48,586 bases of DNA from a virus: IMG/VR virus record IMGVR_UViG_3300029915_000040; one strand, 5' to 3'. The first letter of the stretch is position 1. Each line of letters starts with the position of its first letter. The notes beneath the pieces were generated by a model. The model was not told the origin of the DNA, ran no database searches, and saw only the letters and a program-made list of their open reading frames with translations. The translations under genes and the position numbers were made by a program. Positions 31,004 to 39,428 of the stretch are shown one piece after another.

Positions 31004-31335
31004 ACAACTTGAACACGATGAAAAACAGAATCGATTATTTGCGCGGCGAGGAGAAAAAACTATCCGCAGAACGGACCCAAACGGAAATTGATCTCGCCGC
31101 CGCGATTGCTGAAGGCTTGGGGGTTCGCATCGGAACAATCGTAACGGTTACAACCGAACGGGGATATGGGATTGAGAAGCAGCGCGTCATCTCTCGATAC
31201 CGAGTGTGCGAGATTAACTATTGCAACTACGACCCCAAGCTATTGCGTTTGTGGGGGATCACTCTCCGCAAAGATGGAATAGATGGCGAGAAGCATGAAA
31301 TATGGAGCGATTGGGAAGTTGAGGTCACGCCATGA
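31000..31335 (+). CDS. Hypothetical protein (111 aa)
   Basis: ATGA overlap at 31000. Sequence MNNLNTMKNRIDYLRGEEKK... Confidence 0.5.
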   Translation: MNNLNTMKNRIDYLRGEEKKLSAERTQTEIDLAAAIAEGLGVRIGTIVTVTTERGYGIEKQRVISRYRVCEINYCNYDPKLLRLWGITLRKDGIDGEKHEIWSDWEVEVTP

Positions 31336-31499
31336 CCATCGACCAGGCAGTAGAGTGGCAAAGGGCCGAGGATGTAGAGCGCGGCTTCAGCGGTGAGCCG
31401 GAGCGGGTGGAGCGGGAATACGATGCCGATACCGACCCGAACTGGGGCATCCACTACGAGCGTGTAGACGGGAAGCTGATTCACGGAGGAAAACTATGA
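31332..31499 (+). CDS. Small acidic protein (55 aa)
   Basis: Hand-translated as MTIDQAVEWQRAEDVERGFSGEPERVEREYDADTDPNWGIHYERVDGKLIHGGKL. ATGA overlaps at both ends. Confidence 0.45.
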   Translation: MTIDQAVEWQRAEDVERGFSGEPERVEREYDADTDPNWGIHYERVDGKLIHGGKL

Positions 31500-32443
31500 G
31501 CGAGAAAATCATGCAAGAGGTCCCGGGGGTCGTTGTCCTTGCAGAGGGAACGACGGCATCCGATTACGCGCTGAAGAATCTCAACAAGGCACTCGGTGAA
31601 GCACAGGTAGAATTTCTGCCAGCCGAGAAGAACGTGAAGAATGAATTTGTCGGCTACAAGTACACTCCCCTTGTGGAGATCGTCGCCGCCGTGCGTCCTT
31701 CGCTCACAAAGTACCATCTCACCGTTTCTCAGTTCCCGGTGGTTGATCTGGAAAGGAAGACGGTCACGGTTTACACCAGACTCGTTCATTGGGATTCGGG
31801 CGAGTGGATGCAAAACGAAATCGAATTGCCAGGAGAACTGGCGCTTGGCAAGGGTGGAACTCCGGTATTCAACCAGCAGACCATCGGCGGCTCTCAGACC
31901 TATGGGCAGAAGTATGGATACAAGGCCATCGTAGGCATAGCCGACTCGGAAGAGATGATTGACTCTACCGGCGAGAAAGGCGACTTGCCCTCCCGGCAGA
32001 CTCGCCAAGGTGCAACATTGCACCAAACCGCCAGAGCGACCAGCACACAGCAGTCAAGTCAACAGGCCAACCAACGTGCAGCGGCCCCGCAGGAGCAAGC
32101 ACAACCCCAGGCAGGGCAATGCAAATTCATACCTCCGAACGGCCTGACCACGGTTATCAAGGGCGTCCAGGCTGTAGAGGCAAAACCGGCTTCTGAAGGA
32201 CAGTCAGCACGTAAGGGCTATGTAGTGGTCACCTTCCTTGGAGCCCACAACGGCGTCAGCTTCGCCTCATGCTTCAATACGAAGTATTGGGACTTGCTTA
32301 AGGAGAGCGTGGGTCTGGAGTGCAATTTCACAATCAAGGAAGCGGACAAGAACAATCAGCACTTCATCAACATCATCGACGTGTGCTTTGTTGACGGACA
32401 AGCGTACTTCGAGGGTAAACCGGTCGTGGAAGGGGAAGCGTAA
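31496..32443 (+). CDS. erf: ERF-family single-strand annealing recombinase with a C-terminal extension
   Basis: Matches the ERF pattern: NEFVGYKYTPLVEIVAAVRPSLTKYHLTVSQ...LVHWDSGEW...QTIGGSQTYGQKYGYKAIVGI. Confidence 0.75.
   Translation: MSEKIMQEVPGVVVLAEGTTASDYALKNLNKALGEAQVEFLPAEKNVKNEFVGYKYTPLVEIVAAVRPSLTKYHLTVSQFPVVDLERKTVTVYTRLVHWDSGEWMQNEIELPGELALGKGGTPVFNQQTIGGSQTYGQKYGYKAIVGIADSEEMIDSTGEKGDLPSRQTRQGATLHQTARATSTQQSSQQANQRAAAPQEQAQPQAGQCKFIPPNGLTTVIKGVQAVEAKPASEGQSARKGYVVVTFLGAHNGVSFASCFNTKYWDLLKESVGLECNFTIKEADKNNQHFINIIDVCFVDGQAYFEGKPVVEGEA
32009..32024. promoter_or_regulatory. Palindrome copy 2 (GGTGCAACATTGCACC), inside the erf-like gene
   Basis: Exact reverse complement of the 27589..27604 element. 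The identity extends to 20 bp. Confidence 0.45.
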
Positions 32444-32484
32444 TGACGTAGTTTTCAGCAGTAGACCTTTTGGAAGAAGAAGGG

Positions 32485-32679
32485 ATGCAGTGGCAGGCAG
32501 TCGATTCCTCGCAAATCAGCGAGATCGGCTATGAGAGCGGAGCAGAGTATCCGCTTGGAATCAAGTTTCCGCCCAACTAGAAGCAGCAGGCATCAGGGCT
32601 ACCGGGGAGCGAGTACCGCTACGCCAACGTAACGCCGGAACTGTACGCGGCGCTTGAGGCGCTCGGCTGGCCGGAGTAG
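32485..32679 (+). pseudogene. KTSC-domain-like ORF interrupted by an in-frame TAG at 32578..32580
   Basis: Sequence MQWQAVDSSQISEIGYESGAEYPLGIKFPPN-TAG-KQQASGLPGSEYRYANVTPELYAALEALGWPE-TAG. The two halves together fit the KTSC pattern (V.SS.I..vgY....L.v.F......Y.Y..V....Y..L..A). Confidence 0.45.
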
Positions 32680-32728
32680 CTCAACCAGGGGCGGTGCAAG
32701 CTGCCCCGCAACCCTACGAGGAACTGAA

Positions 32729-33316
32729 ATGGCTGAGGCAATCGAACTCTATAAGGCAGACGGGACCACGGCAGGCATCTTCTATTGCTCTGAGTGCCGC
32801 ATCGTTTATGCATCCAAAGAACAGGCCGACTGGTGTCATGGTGAGCATCTCTGCGCGTGTGGAAAAAAGGTAACGAAGGGGCACTTCCAGCACATGTGCG
32901 AAGAGTGCGCACGTAAGGATTGGCACGATAAGGAAGAAGCCAAGGAAGCCGAGCGTTTCGAGAAAGCAACCAAGATCAAGGCATCCGATTATGCCGGTGA
33001 TCACGTCATGTGCGGAGATAAGTTTTACGATTCCGTCGAGGACGCTGTTGACCAGTTTCTTGAAGGCCAAGAACCGGATTACGTGTGGGCGTGTCAGGAT
33101 TCGCACTTGCCAAAAGTCGATCTTGAGGATGTGACCTGCAACCTTTTGGATAACATGTGGGACGATGCCGATACTTCGGACCTGAACGGCATTGAAGAAC
33201 TCGAAACAGCACTTGGTGCCTTCAATAAGGCGAATGAGTCAATATCGCTTTGGGAGCCAGACTACTCGACAGCGATCTTGGTCGAGAAGCGCAAAGAATC
33301 AGATGAGTCAGTGTAA
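32729..33316 (+). CDS. Hypothetical Cys-rich/acidic protein (195 aa)
   Basis: Trimmed to the ATG at 32729 (MAEAIELYKADGTTAGIFYCSEC...). Confidence 0.5.
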   Translation: MAEAIELYKADGTTAGIFYCSECRIVYASKEQADWCHGEHLCACGKKVTKGHFQHMCEECARKDWHDKEEAKEAERFEKATKIKASDYAGDHVMCGDKFYDSVEDAVDQFLEGQEPDYVWACQDSHLPKVDLEDVTCNLLDNMWDDADTSDLNGIEELETALGAFNKANESISLWEPDYSTAILVEKRKESDESV

Positions 33317-33632
33317 GAGGTGCCAGAAAGACGGCCTACGATGGGTCCAGACGGACGGCAAATGGCGGCTCTACGCAGGCGATACCCTCCATGTATGCCA
33401 GTGGACCAAACCGCCCGTCAGAACGCCGCAGAGGGCACGCGCGGCACAGAGCGCGTTTACCGCGGGCGTGGCAAAGTGGGAAGCGAAGCAGCCGCCGAAG
33501 GAGCCGTTCCCGCGTGAAGCTGATGGAGACTGGCAGCATCCGTACTGGGCGTTCACTGACTATGTGGTAGACAGAAAGATCGTTCCAAAGAATCCGCAAC
33601 AGATACCGATGTTTTCAGAAATGGTGCCATAA
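33303..33632 (+). CDS. Hypothetical zinc-ribbon-like protein (109 aa)
   Basis: Trimmed to the ATG at 33303 (MSQCKRCQKDGLRWVQTDGKWRLY...HVC). Confidence 0.45.
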   Translation: MSQCKRCQKDGLRWVQTDGKWRLYAGDTLHVCQWTKPPVRTPQRARAAQSAFTAGVAKWEAKQPPKEPFPREADGDWQHPYWAFTDYVVDRKIVPKNPQQIPMFSEMVP

Positions 33633-34040
33633 ATGGGATGGATACCTGTCACAGATCAGAGACGAACGCCGGGTGGAGACTGGGTACCTGTCAAGAACCC
33701 TATGCGCGGGATGCGATTCTCGCCCATGGGAGATGGAACCGGATACTTGGCAGTGCGCTACGACAAGGCGCGTTACATCTACGAGGGGGTTCCACAACAC
33801 AGCGCAGATTCACTCAAGAGTACCCGCATGGCCAGCAGCTATCTACGGCAGCATATCCGTGACAAATGCACCTTTGTGGAGGTCAAGGCTTATGAGAATC
33901 TGGAATCGTACCAGGCGGATGAGGGGGCGATACCGGAGAAGAAGTTTGCGAGGGTGCAAGAGATTCCAGACGGGACCGCAGAGCCGCAGATGTCACTATT
34001 TGCGCTGATGGACCTGAAGAAGAAAAGGAGAGGACATTGA
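33633..34040 (+). CDS. KTSC-like domain protein (135 aa)
   Basis: The segment GYLAVRYDKARYIYEGVPQHSADSLKSTRMASSYLRQHIRDK fits the KTSC pattern. Confidence 0.45.
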   Translation: MGWIPVTDQRRTPGGDWVPVKNPMRGMRFSPMGDGTGYLAVRYDKARYIYEGVPQHSADSLKSTRMASSYLRQHIRDKCTFVEVKAYENLESYQADEGAIPEKKFARVQEIPDGTAEPQMSLFALMDLKKKRRGH

Positions 34041-34417
34041 AAAAACTGCGCATTGGCGAGCTTGAGCAGGTTGGAACTTGCGAGATCGCAACCAGGCATG
34101 GTCGTATGAAGTGGCCAGTATTTATGGTTGTCGGTTTATGGGGATTGACTCCGCCTCCACAATATGGCGCACGCAAGCCCAGTACAGACAAAGAATGGCT
34201 GGCCGTTACGCACCTTCCCACGGGTGTTCGCGGCGGAGATGTAAGAGTTGACGATCCGCGCAAGAAGCAGAAATTGGAGAAGTATGCACAAATGTTCGGC
34301 GGCGCTCGTACATACGATGGAGTTCTGCGGAAATATCGGAAGCTCTCGAAGGACCAGAAGTTGTGGATCAAGCGGCAAGTCGTATGGTTGCTGCCATCAA
34401 AGGTGGTGAAGCCATGA
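34037..34417 (+). CDS. Hypothetical protein (126 aa)
   Basis: Track ORF with a TTG start overlapping the upstream stop. Confidence 0.4.
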   Translation: MKKLRIGELEQVGTCEIATRHGRMKWPVFMVVGLWGLTPPPQYGARKPSTDKEWLAVTHLPTGVRGGDVRVDDPRKKQKLEKYAQMFGGARTYDGVLRKYRKLSKDQKLWIKRQVVWLLPSKVVKP

Positions 34418-34665
34418 CCGATACCGAGCTAGACCCGACCGCGCTCAATGGCGAAGTGCTTAGCCTCCTGAGAGAGCATCACGCCTGGCATACGCCCTAC
34501 ACGCTCAAGCAGCGCATCGAGGCGCTGACGGGCCGGTGGGTATCGGACTCCACGATTTGCAGCCGGATACGTGACCTTCGGCTGGACAAGTACGGGGCGC
34601 ACCAGATCATTACGGAGCGGTTGTTGCACTCGCACACTTGCAGGTATAGGCTGGTGGGTAAATGA
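34414..34665 (+). CDS. Putative winged-helix DNA-binding protein (83 aa)
   Basis: ATGA overlap at 34414. Sequence LSLLREHHAWHTPYTLKQRIEALTGRWVSDSTICSRIRDLR. Confidence 0.4.
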   Translation: MTDTELDPTALNGEVLSLLREHHAWHTPYTLKQRIEALTGRWVSDSTICSRIRDLRLDKYGAHQIITERLLHSHTCRYRLVGK

Positions 34666-35027
34666 GCAATGACCGCAAGCACGTACTCTGGCAGTGCCCA
34701 CTTTGCAACGTCACAATGTCTGGCTTTCTGCTCCCAGGCGAATCAACAGTACGGTTCTGTGGGCGCATTCCATCGGGGACGACAGAGCGCAACAGCGACG
34801 GATCACCAAAGCGGTGTGGTGGCTTGATGAAGGTGCTGATGGACAATCGGCCACTGGTGCACCAGCCGCGAGTGATGGACGCAACAGAATCAGGGCAGAA
34901 GGCGAGAATCATCGCAGCGTGCGAGGCCGCTATCAAGGCAGTGATTGCCGGGACGGGAACGGCGGCTGAGGTGCTGGAAGAGATGGGCAACGGGTTGAAG
35001 GGAATACGGGTTAGAAAAACGAAATGA
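34662..35027 (+). CDS. Hypothetical zinc-ribbon-like protein (121 aa)
   Basis: ATGA overlap. Motif WQCPLCNV...FCGR...RCGG. Confidence 0.45.
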   Translation: MSNDRKHVLWQCPLCNVTMSGFLLPGESTVRFCGRIPSGTTERNSDGSPKRCGGLMKVLMDNRPLVHQPRVMDATESGQKARIIAACEAAIKAVIAGTGTAAEVLEEMGNGLKGIRVRKTK

Positions 35028-35266
35028 AGAGACGAATAAACATTGAAGTATCGGACGATTCCATTTCACTGGAAGACGCGGTTAAGTGTGTCGCGGCGGT
35101 AATCGGTCAGGGGCGTATCAGCAACGACAGGAAAAGTTTTTGTTATGCCACTCGCATTTTTTCTCATGAGGTATCGGTATGGGCAAAGGTTAACAAACTG
35201 AGCGCGGCGAGTGAATTAGCGTCCAGCGATAGTTTCTTTGTTCTCCCAGATAAACAGGATAGGTGA
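35024..35266 (+). CDS. Hypothetical protein (80 aa)
   Basis: ATGA overlap; track ORF. Confidence 0.45.
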   Translation: MKRRINIEVSDDSISLEDAVKCVAAVIGQGRISNDRKSFCYATRIFSHEVSVWAKVNKLSAASELASSDSFFVLPDKQDR

Positions 35267-35288
35267 AGGGAATACGGAGGAAGAAAGC

Positions 35289-35486
35289 ATGAGCCAAGAA
35301 AAGCGCAATCAGATGTATGAATGTATGGCTGGCGACGCCCTTGAATTAGTTAAAGGATCGCGCAATCCTGCGGACCAAAGGGTTGTCCTAGTTGGGTTAT
35401 GCTTGGCAGTTCAAATGATGTTAGAGGATGAACCAAACCCTGAAGATGAGCATCCATCGCCATTTCCTACCGGAGTAGAGGCATGA
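35289..35486 (+). CDS. Hypothetical acidic protein (65 aa)
   Basis: ATG at 35289, after GGAGGAAGAAAGC. Confidence 0.45.
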   Translation: MSQEKRNQMYECMAGDALELVKGSRNPADQRVVLVGLCLAVQMMLEDEPNPEDEHPSPFPTGVEA

Positions 35487-35695
35487 AAGACACGGAAAGA
35501 GTTCGCCGTATGCTGCTAGACGTAGTGGATGATTGCAAGGAAACTCCTCCAGAGCAGATGCGCATCCAGTTGCTTGCGGCTGGCTGGACTCCTGTCAATC
35601 AGAGCGTCTGGCGGCATCCTGATGGAACGCTCCATATTGGACCCTATGGAGCATGGAAGAAAATGTGTGCGGAGATTCGCGGGGTGAAGGCATGA
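35483..35695 (+). CDS. Hypothetical protein (70 aa)
   Basis: ATGA overlap; track ORF. Confidence 0.45.
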   Translation: MKDTERVRRMLLDVVDDCKETPPEQMRIQLLAAGWTPVNQSVWRHPDGTLHIGPYGAWKKMCAEIRGVKA

Positions 35696-35907
35696 GCGAC
35701 ATTAAGCAGGCGGGTAAATGGCTAGAAGAAGGAAAGCATGTACGCCGCTCCACATGGCTGCACAACGCACGCATCGGACGCCAAATCGCTCCTCTGTGCC
35801 ATTCGCTATTAGAGCTTTTATGGGATGAAGGCCCAGTCGTGCATCGTGGCGAATTCATTCTTAGCGTCTCAGACCTGACTACCGAGGATTGGGAGATTGC
35901 CAAGTGA
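35692..35907 (+). CDS. DUF2829-like small protein (the family that includes the Thoeris anti-defence protein Tad2)
   Basis: MSDIKQAGKWLEEGKHVRRSTW...VSDLTTEDWEIAK matches the N-terminal A...L.eGk.vrR..W motif and the C-terminal Dl.aeDWei motif. Confidence 0.5.
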   Translation: MSDIKQAGKWLEEGKHVRRSTWLHNARIGRQIAPLCHSLLELLWDEGPVVHRGEFILSVSDLTTEDWEIAK

Positions 35908-36584
35908 ACGATCTAGTCACAGGTGCAACATTGCATCCCACGCTCTGCGCTCCTGATTTTCAGGCCATAAGGCAATTGGGCAGACCCGAAGCAGGAACGC
36001 GTCTCAAGGCCATCCTGACATCACTGGTGGGCGCTGAGGAACACGCGCTAGACACGATATTCCATGTGCGGCTTCAATGCTTTCGGATGGTGCGGGAGTT
36101 GGAGACGTGGAAGGACGATGTAGATCCGGAGATGGACCGCCCATTCAAGTCGCTGGACCGCTGGACGGAGTGCTTCTTCCCCGACCAGCCAAGGTATGCC
36201 AAGGCAGCGAAGGCGGCTGATGAGTCCCTGGCCGGCGTCCCGATGGAGACGATTAACAAGATCAGCGTGTCGAATCTGATGCTGCTCTCCAGCCCCGGCG
36301 TGTCGGAGAAGGTGCGCACCAAGCCGGACGTATTGCAGACCGCGCAGACCTCCACCAAGAGGGGATTGCTGAACTATCTGAACCAGAAGCATAACCAGAA
36401 GCTCGAACACGCTGAACCGGTGATGCTGCCCAAGGATGGGAAGAGCCGGTTTGATGTGGCGATCACAATGGCGCTGGCTTTGGATGCAAAGACACAGCCA
36501 GAGGCAATCGAGTACATCGCAGAGACGTATATCAGCGAGAACGCGGTTCGGTATCAGAAGTGGATTGAGGAGCAGAAGGCATGA
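35904..36584 (+). CDS. Hypothetical protein (226 aa)
   Basis: GTG at 35904 in a GTGA overlap. It contains palindrome copy 3. Confidence 0.45.
   Translation: MNDLVTGATLHPTLCAPDFQAIRQLGRPEAGTRLKAILTSLVGAEEHALDTIFHVRLQCFRMVRELETWKDDVDPEMDRPFKSLDRWTECFFPDQPRYAKAAKAADESLAGVPMETINKISVSNLMLLSSPGVSEKVRTKPDVLQTAQTSTKRGLLNYLNQKHNQKLEHAEPVMLPKDGKSRFDVAITMALALDAKTQPEAIEYIAETYISENAVRYQKWIEEQKA
35922..35937. promoter_or_regulatory. Palindrome copy 3 (GGTGCAACATTGCATC, 1 mismatch)
   Basis: 15 of 16 positions match the 32009..32024 element. Confidence 0.35.
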
Positions 36585-36736
36585 GCGCAATAGCCCCACA
36601 GCGGGAAGCATGGATACTCCGGTTCGGGCTTAGCTATGTCCAGCCGAGCCACAATTTACCTGATGCGTTGCTTGCTCAGCTTTGCAGATGCAGGGACGAT
36701 TCCGCAAGACGGCTTATTTTGGGGTGTTCACGATGA
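36581..36736 (+). CDS. Small hypothetical protein (51 aa)
   Basis: Hand-translated as MSAIAPQREAWILRFGLSYVQPSHNLPDALLAQLCRCRDDSARRLILGCSR. ATGA overlaps at both ends. Confidence 0.35.
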   Translation: MSAIAPQREAWILRFGLSYVQPSHNLPDALLAQLCRCRDDSARRLILGCSR

Positions 36737-37308
36737 AGATATTAGTGGCCTGTGAATTTTCCGGTGTGGTTCGTGAAGCGTTTAGAAAGTTGGGCCATGA
36801 TGCTTGGTCCCTCGATATGATCCCGGCTACAGATGGGAGTGAGTTTCATATCGTAGGTGACGCTTGGGACGCTTTGCTTCCATACACCTACCAGTGGGAC
36901 ATGATGATTGCCTTTCCGCCTTGTACTCGTCTCGCAGTCAGCGGCGCTCGATGGTGGAAGGATAAGCAGAAAGAGCAGATACAAGCGATAGACCTGTTCA
37001 TGCTGTTCGCCAACGCTGACATACCTAAAATCGCTATCGAGAATCCCATCGGCCTGATGTCGAGTCGCTGGCGCAAGCCCGACCAGATCATTCAACCTTG
37101 GCAGTTCGGCCACGGCGAAACAAAGGCCACTTGTCTATGGCTCAAAGGATTGCCGAAACTAGTGCCGACAAACATTGTCGCCGGGCGTGAGCCGCGCGTC
37201 CACTATGAGTCACCTGGCATCAAGAACGGACTCACACGTCAGCAACGCAGAAGCACCACACTACAAGGGATTGGCGATGCGATGGCCGAGCAATGGGGGA
37301 ATTTATGA
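36733..37308 (+). CDS. Compact DNA cytosine-C5 methyltransferase-like protein (191 aa)
   Basis: Motif I-like ILVACEFSGVV, motif IV-like AFPPCTRLAVSG, motif VI-like IAIENP, and a C-terminal RQQRRSTTLQGIGDAMAEQW. Confidence 0.55.
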   Translation: MKILVACEFSGVVREAFRKLGHDAWSLDMIPATDGSEFHIVGDAWDALLPYTYQWDMMIAFPPCTRLAVSGARWWKDKQKEQIQAIDLFMLFANADIPKIAIENPIGLMSSRWRKPDQIIQPWQFGHGETKATCLWLKGLPKLVPTNIVAGREPRVHYESPGIKNGLTRQQRRSTTLQGIGDAMAEQWGNL

Positions 37309-37709
37309 AACCACGCAGGCCATTACCGCGCAGCACAGTACCGATCCCGAAGAAGAGCGCACGTATCCGCCGCAAGCCATTTCCTGACGCGAAGGACAAG
37401 CGGGAGCCGATAGTTATCAGAGTCATGGAAGATGGGCGAGAGCGAATCAATATGCTCACGAAGACAGGGCGCGACATTTACAGGGAAAGAAAGTTTATCG
37501 CTTGGGTTGCGCAAGATGGACTCTGCGCTATATGCGGTAAGCCAGTAGGATGGGAAGAGTGTGAAGCAGACCACATCCGGCCGCGATCAGTGAAGCATGA
37601 TGACCGGCAAGAGAATATCCAGGCAACGTGCCACGGATGCAACTGCTTTCGGAAAGGATCGCAACAGAACTATTCACCGAAAGGAAAACACCATGGCAAC
37701 ACTGAGTGA
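37305..37709 (+). CDS. HNH endonuclease (134 aa)
   Basis: Motif CAICGKPVGWEECEADHIRPRSVKHDDRQENIQATCHGCNCFK. Confidence 0.7.
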   Translation: MKPRRPLPRSTVPIPKKSARIRRKPFPDAKDKREPIVIRVMEDGRERINMLTKTGRDIYRERKFIAWVAQDGLCAICGKPVGWEECEADHIRPRSVKHDDRQENIQATCHGCNCFRKGSQQNYSPKGKHHGNTE

Positions 37710-38376
37710 GATGGCAAGCGGAATCGCAAAACAGGCGACGAGTATCGGGATGGAAGCGGCCACGCTGGCGCTACGGCTGGCCGATGCGGAGTGCAAGGTT
37801 ACAGATAGGATGCAGGGAGTTGACTGCCCTCTATGCGAGGACGCGACTCTGCATACCCACGGAACACCTGCTCCCAAATACGATCATGAATGCGGAAGAA
37901 CCTGTGCTGGCGATGGGTGCGTATGCCCATGCCATAACACGCAGTCCGCTCCGGCAAACTTCGCCAGTGTAGGGTCTCCATTCACGTCAGAGTCAGATAG
38001 GACTCCCGCCCCTGCTCCGGTAGACGGCGCTCTGGTGGAGAGCGCATGTACAGCATTTATGACTGTACCTTGGACTCCTAAGCAACCTCAGCATCTGCGC
38101 GAACCTATTGCGGCAGTAATCCGCCTCGTCCAGCAGGACAGCAATGCGCGGTGGGAGAAGGCGATACGCAAAGGTTTGGCAGACCGCAAAGAACAATATG
38201 TGGATAGCGTTTTGTTTGACATTCGCTTCCACGTAAAGGCCGCACCACCCCCGCCCACACTTCAGGAGCGCATCACGGAACGGTTTAAGACGCAACGATG
38301 TATCAACAGCAGCGTCTGGAACCCGGCAGAACTCGCGGCTATTGTCATGGAAGAGATCGCAAAGGAGACGAAATGA
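37693..38376 (+). CDS. Hypothetical protein (227 aa)
   Basis: Trimmed to the ATG at 37693, after AAGGAAAACACC. Confidence 0.45.
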   Translation: MATLSEMASGIAKQATSIGMEAATLALRLADAECKVTDRMQGVDCPLCEDATLHTHGTPAPKYDHECGRTCAGDGCVCPCHNTQSAPANFASVGSPFTSESDRTPAPAPVDGALVESACTAFMTVPWTPKQPQHLREPIAAVIRLVQQDSNARWEKAIRKGLADRKEQYVDSVLFDIRFHVKAAPPPPTLQERITERFKTQRCINSSVWNPAELAAIVMEEIAKETK

Positions 38377-38693
38377 AGACACTCGCAGTATTTCTATTTG
38401 CAGCGGCACTCTCAGCGCAGACAGTCAAGCCTGCGCTGCCAGTTGCAGATCACAATAAGCAGGAGCAGCAGACAACTCCGACAGGAGTATATTTGTACGA
38501 ACCTCCGTGCGGGTATAGCTACTTTTCGGCCACGAAAGACGCTAACGGGGTATGTCGCTTGACTGCCAATCTTCACTTTGGACCTGATTATGCGGATTGC
38601 CGTTTTGTCTCTACGGAGGACGGCAAGGTACTTCAGATTGTATGTACCTGGAAGCCAAAGGAGGCCGCAGATGCGCCACCACCGCGCAACTGA
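38373..38693 (+). CDS. Small secreted protein (signal peptide, 106 aa)
   Basis: ATGA overlap. Sequence MKTLAVFLFAAALSAQT... Confidence 0.5.
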   Translation: MKTLAVFLFAAALSAQTVKPALPVADHNKQEQQTTPTGVYLYEPPCGYSYFSATKDANGVCRLTANLHFGPDYADCRFVSTEDGKVLQIVCTWKPKEAADAPPPRN

Positions 38694-38820
38694 CCGAACT
38701 CCCAAGTGCCAACACTGCCGTCATCCGCGAATCGAGCATGAGCCTGGGCGTGGATGCCAGCGTGAGGGATGCTGTTGCCAAGAATCGGGGAATGATTCAA
38801 TGGAAGAGGAGAAACAGTGA
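38671..38820 (+). CDS. Small Cys-rich protein (49 aa)
   Basis: Sequence MRHHRATDRTPKCQHCRHPRIEHEPGRGCQREGCCCQ... It overlaps the upstream gene end. Confidence 0.3.
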   Translation: MRHHRATDRTPKCQHCRHPRIEHEPGRGCQREGCCCQESGNDSMEEEKQ

Positions 38821-39131
38821 GCGAGACGCAAGAGATCACCGGGCCGCTGGTACGGATGATTAACCAGATGGGACACTTCGCGCTGCGCATGAACAGCGGA
38901 ATGGTTCGCGTCAAGGGCGGATTCATGCACCTGCATGACAAGGGGACGGCAGATATTCTGGTGTTCTTCCGCAGCGGGCGCGTAGTATGGCTTGAGACCA
39001 AAGACCCCAAGGGAATCACACAAAAGCAGCGCATTGCAGACCAGGCGGCGTTCGGGGAAAAGGTGCGCGGCATGGGACACGAGTACTACATCGTCAACAG
39101 CATTGACGAAGGACTGGAGAAAGTACGATGA
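38817..39131 (+). CDS. VRR-NUC domain nuclease (PD-(D/E)xK)
   Basis: GTGA overlap. Motif GTADILVFFRSGRVVWLETKDPKGITQKQ. Confidence 0.65.
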   Translation: MSETQEITGPLVRMINQMGHFALRMNSGMVRVKGGFMHLHDKGTADILVFFRSGRVVWLETKDPKGITQKQRIADQAAFGEKVRGMGHEYYIVNSIDEGLEKVR

Positions 39132-39376
39132 AAGGAAACTTTGACGGCATCCGAGCGCAACCGAGCAAGGAACCGATACCGCAGCTATGGAAGAAGCCGG
39201 AGGTCTGCATCTGCTCGAAGCCATTCGTGATCGATGGACATACCTGTTTCCCAGTAAGCCCATCATGTGAGATTCACGGAATTCGGTCAGACTACATCCC
39301 GCAGGCTTGCCACATCTGTCAGGAGAAGCGGGTTGACGCCAAGAGGAATACACAGGTAAGCGGGAAGGCGCAATAA
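39128..39376 (+). CDS. Hypothetical Cys-rich protein (82 aa), last early gene
   Basis: ATGA overlap; track ORF. Confidence 0.45.
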   Translation: MKGNFDGIRAQPSKEPIPQLWKKPEVCICSKPFVIDGHTCFPVSPSCEIHGIRSDYIPQACHICQEKRVDAKRNTQVSGKAQ

Positions 39377-39379
39377 AAA

Positions 39380-39400
39380 GGGAGGCCCTAAAAGCCTCCC
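39380..39400. terminator. Stem-loop between the convergent early and late units (intrinsic terminator for the minus-strand transcript)
   Basis: GGGAGGC-cctaaaa-GCCTCCC. An A5 run on the plus side gives a U-run after the hairpin on the minus transcript. Confidence 0.6.
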
Positions 39401-39428
39401 GCTCTGGCGCTATCCTCCTGCTTTGGAT

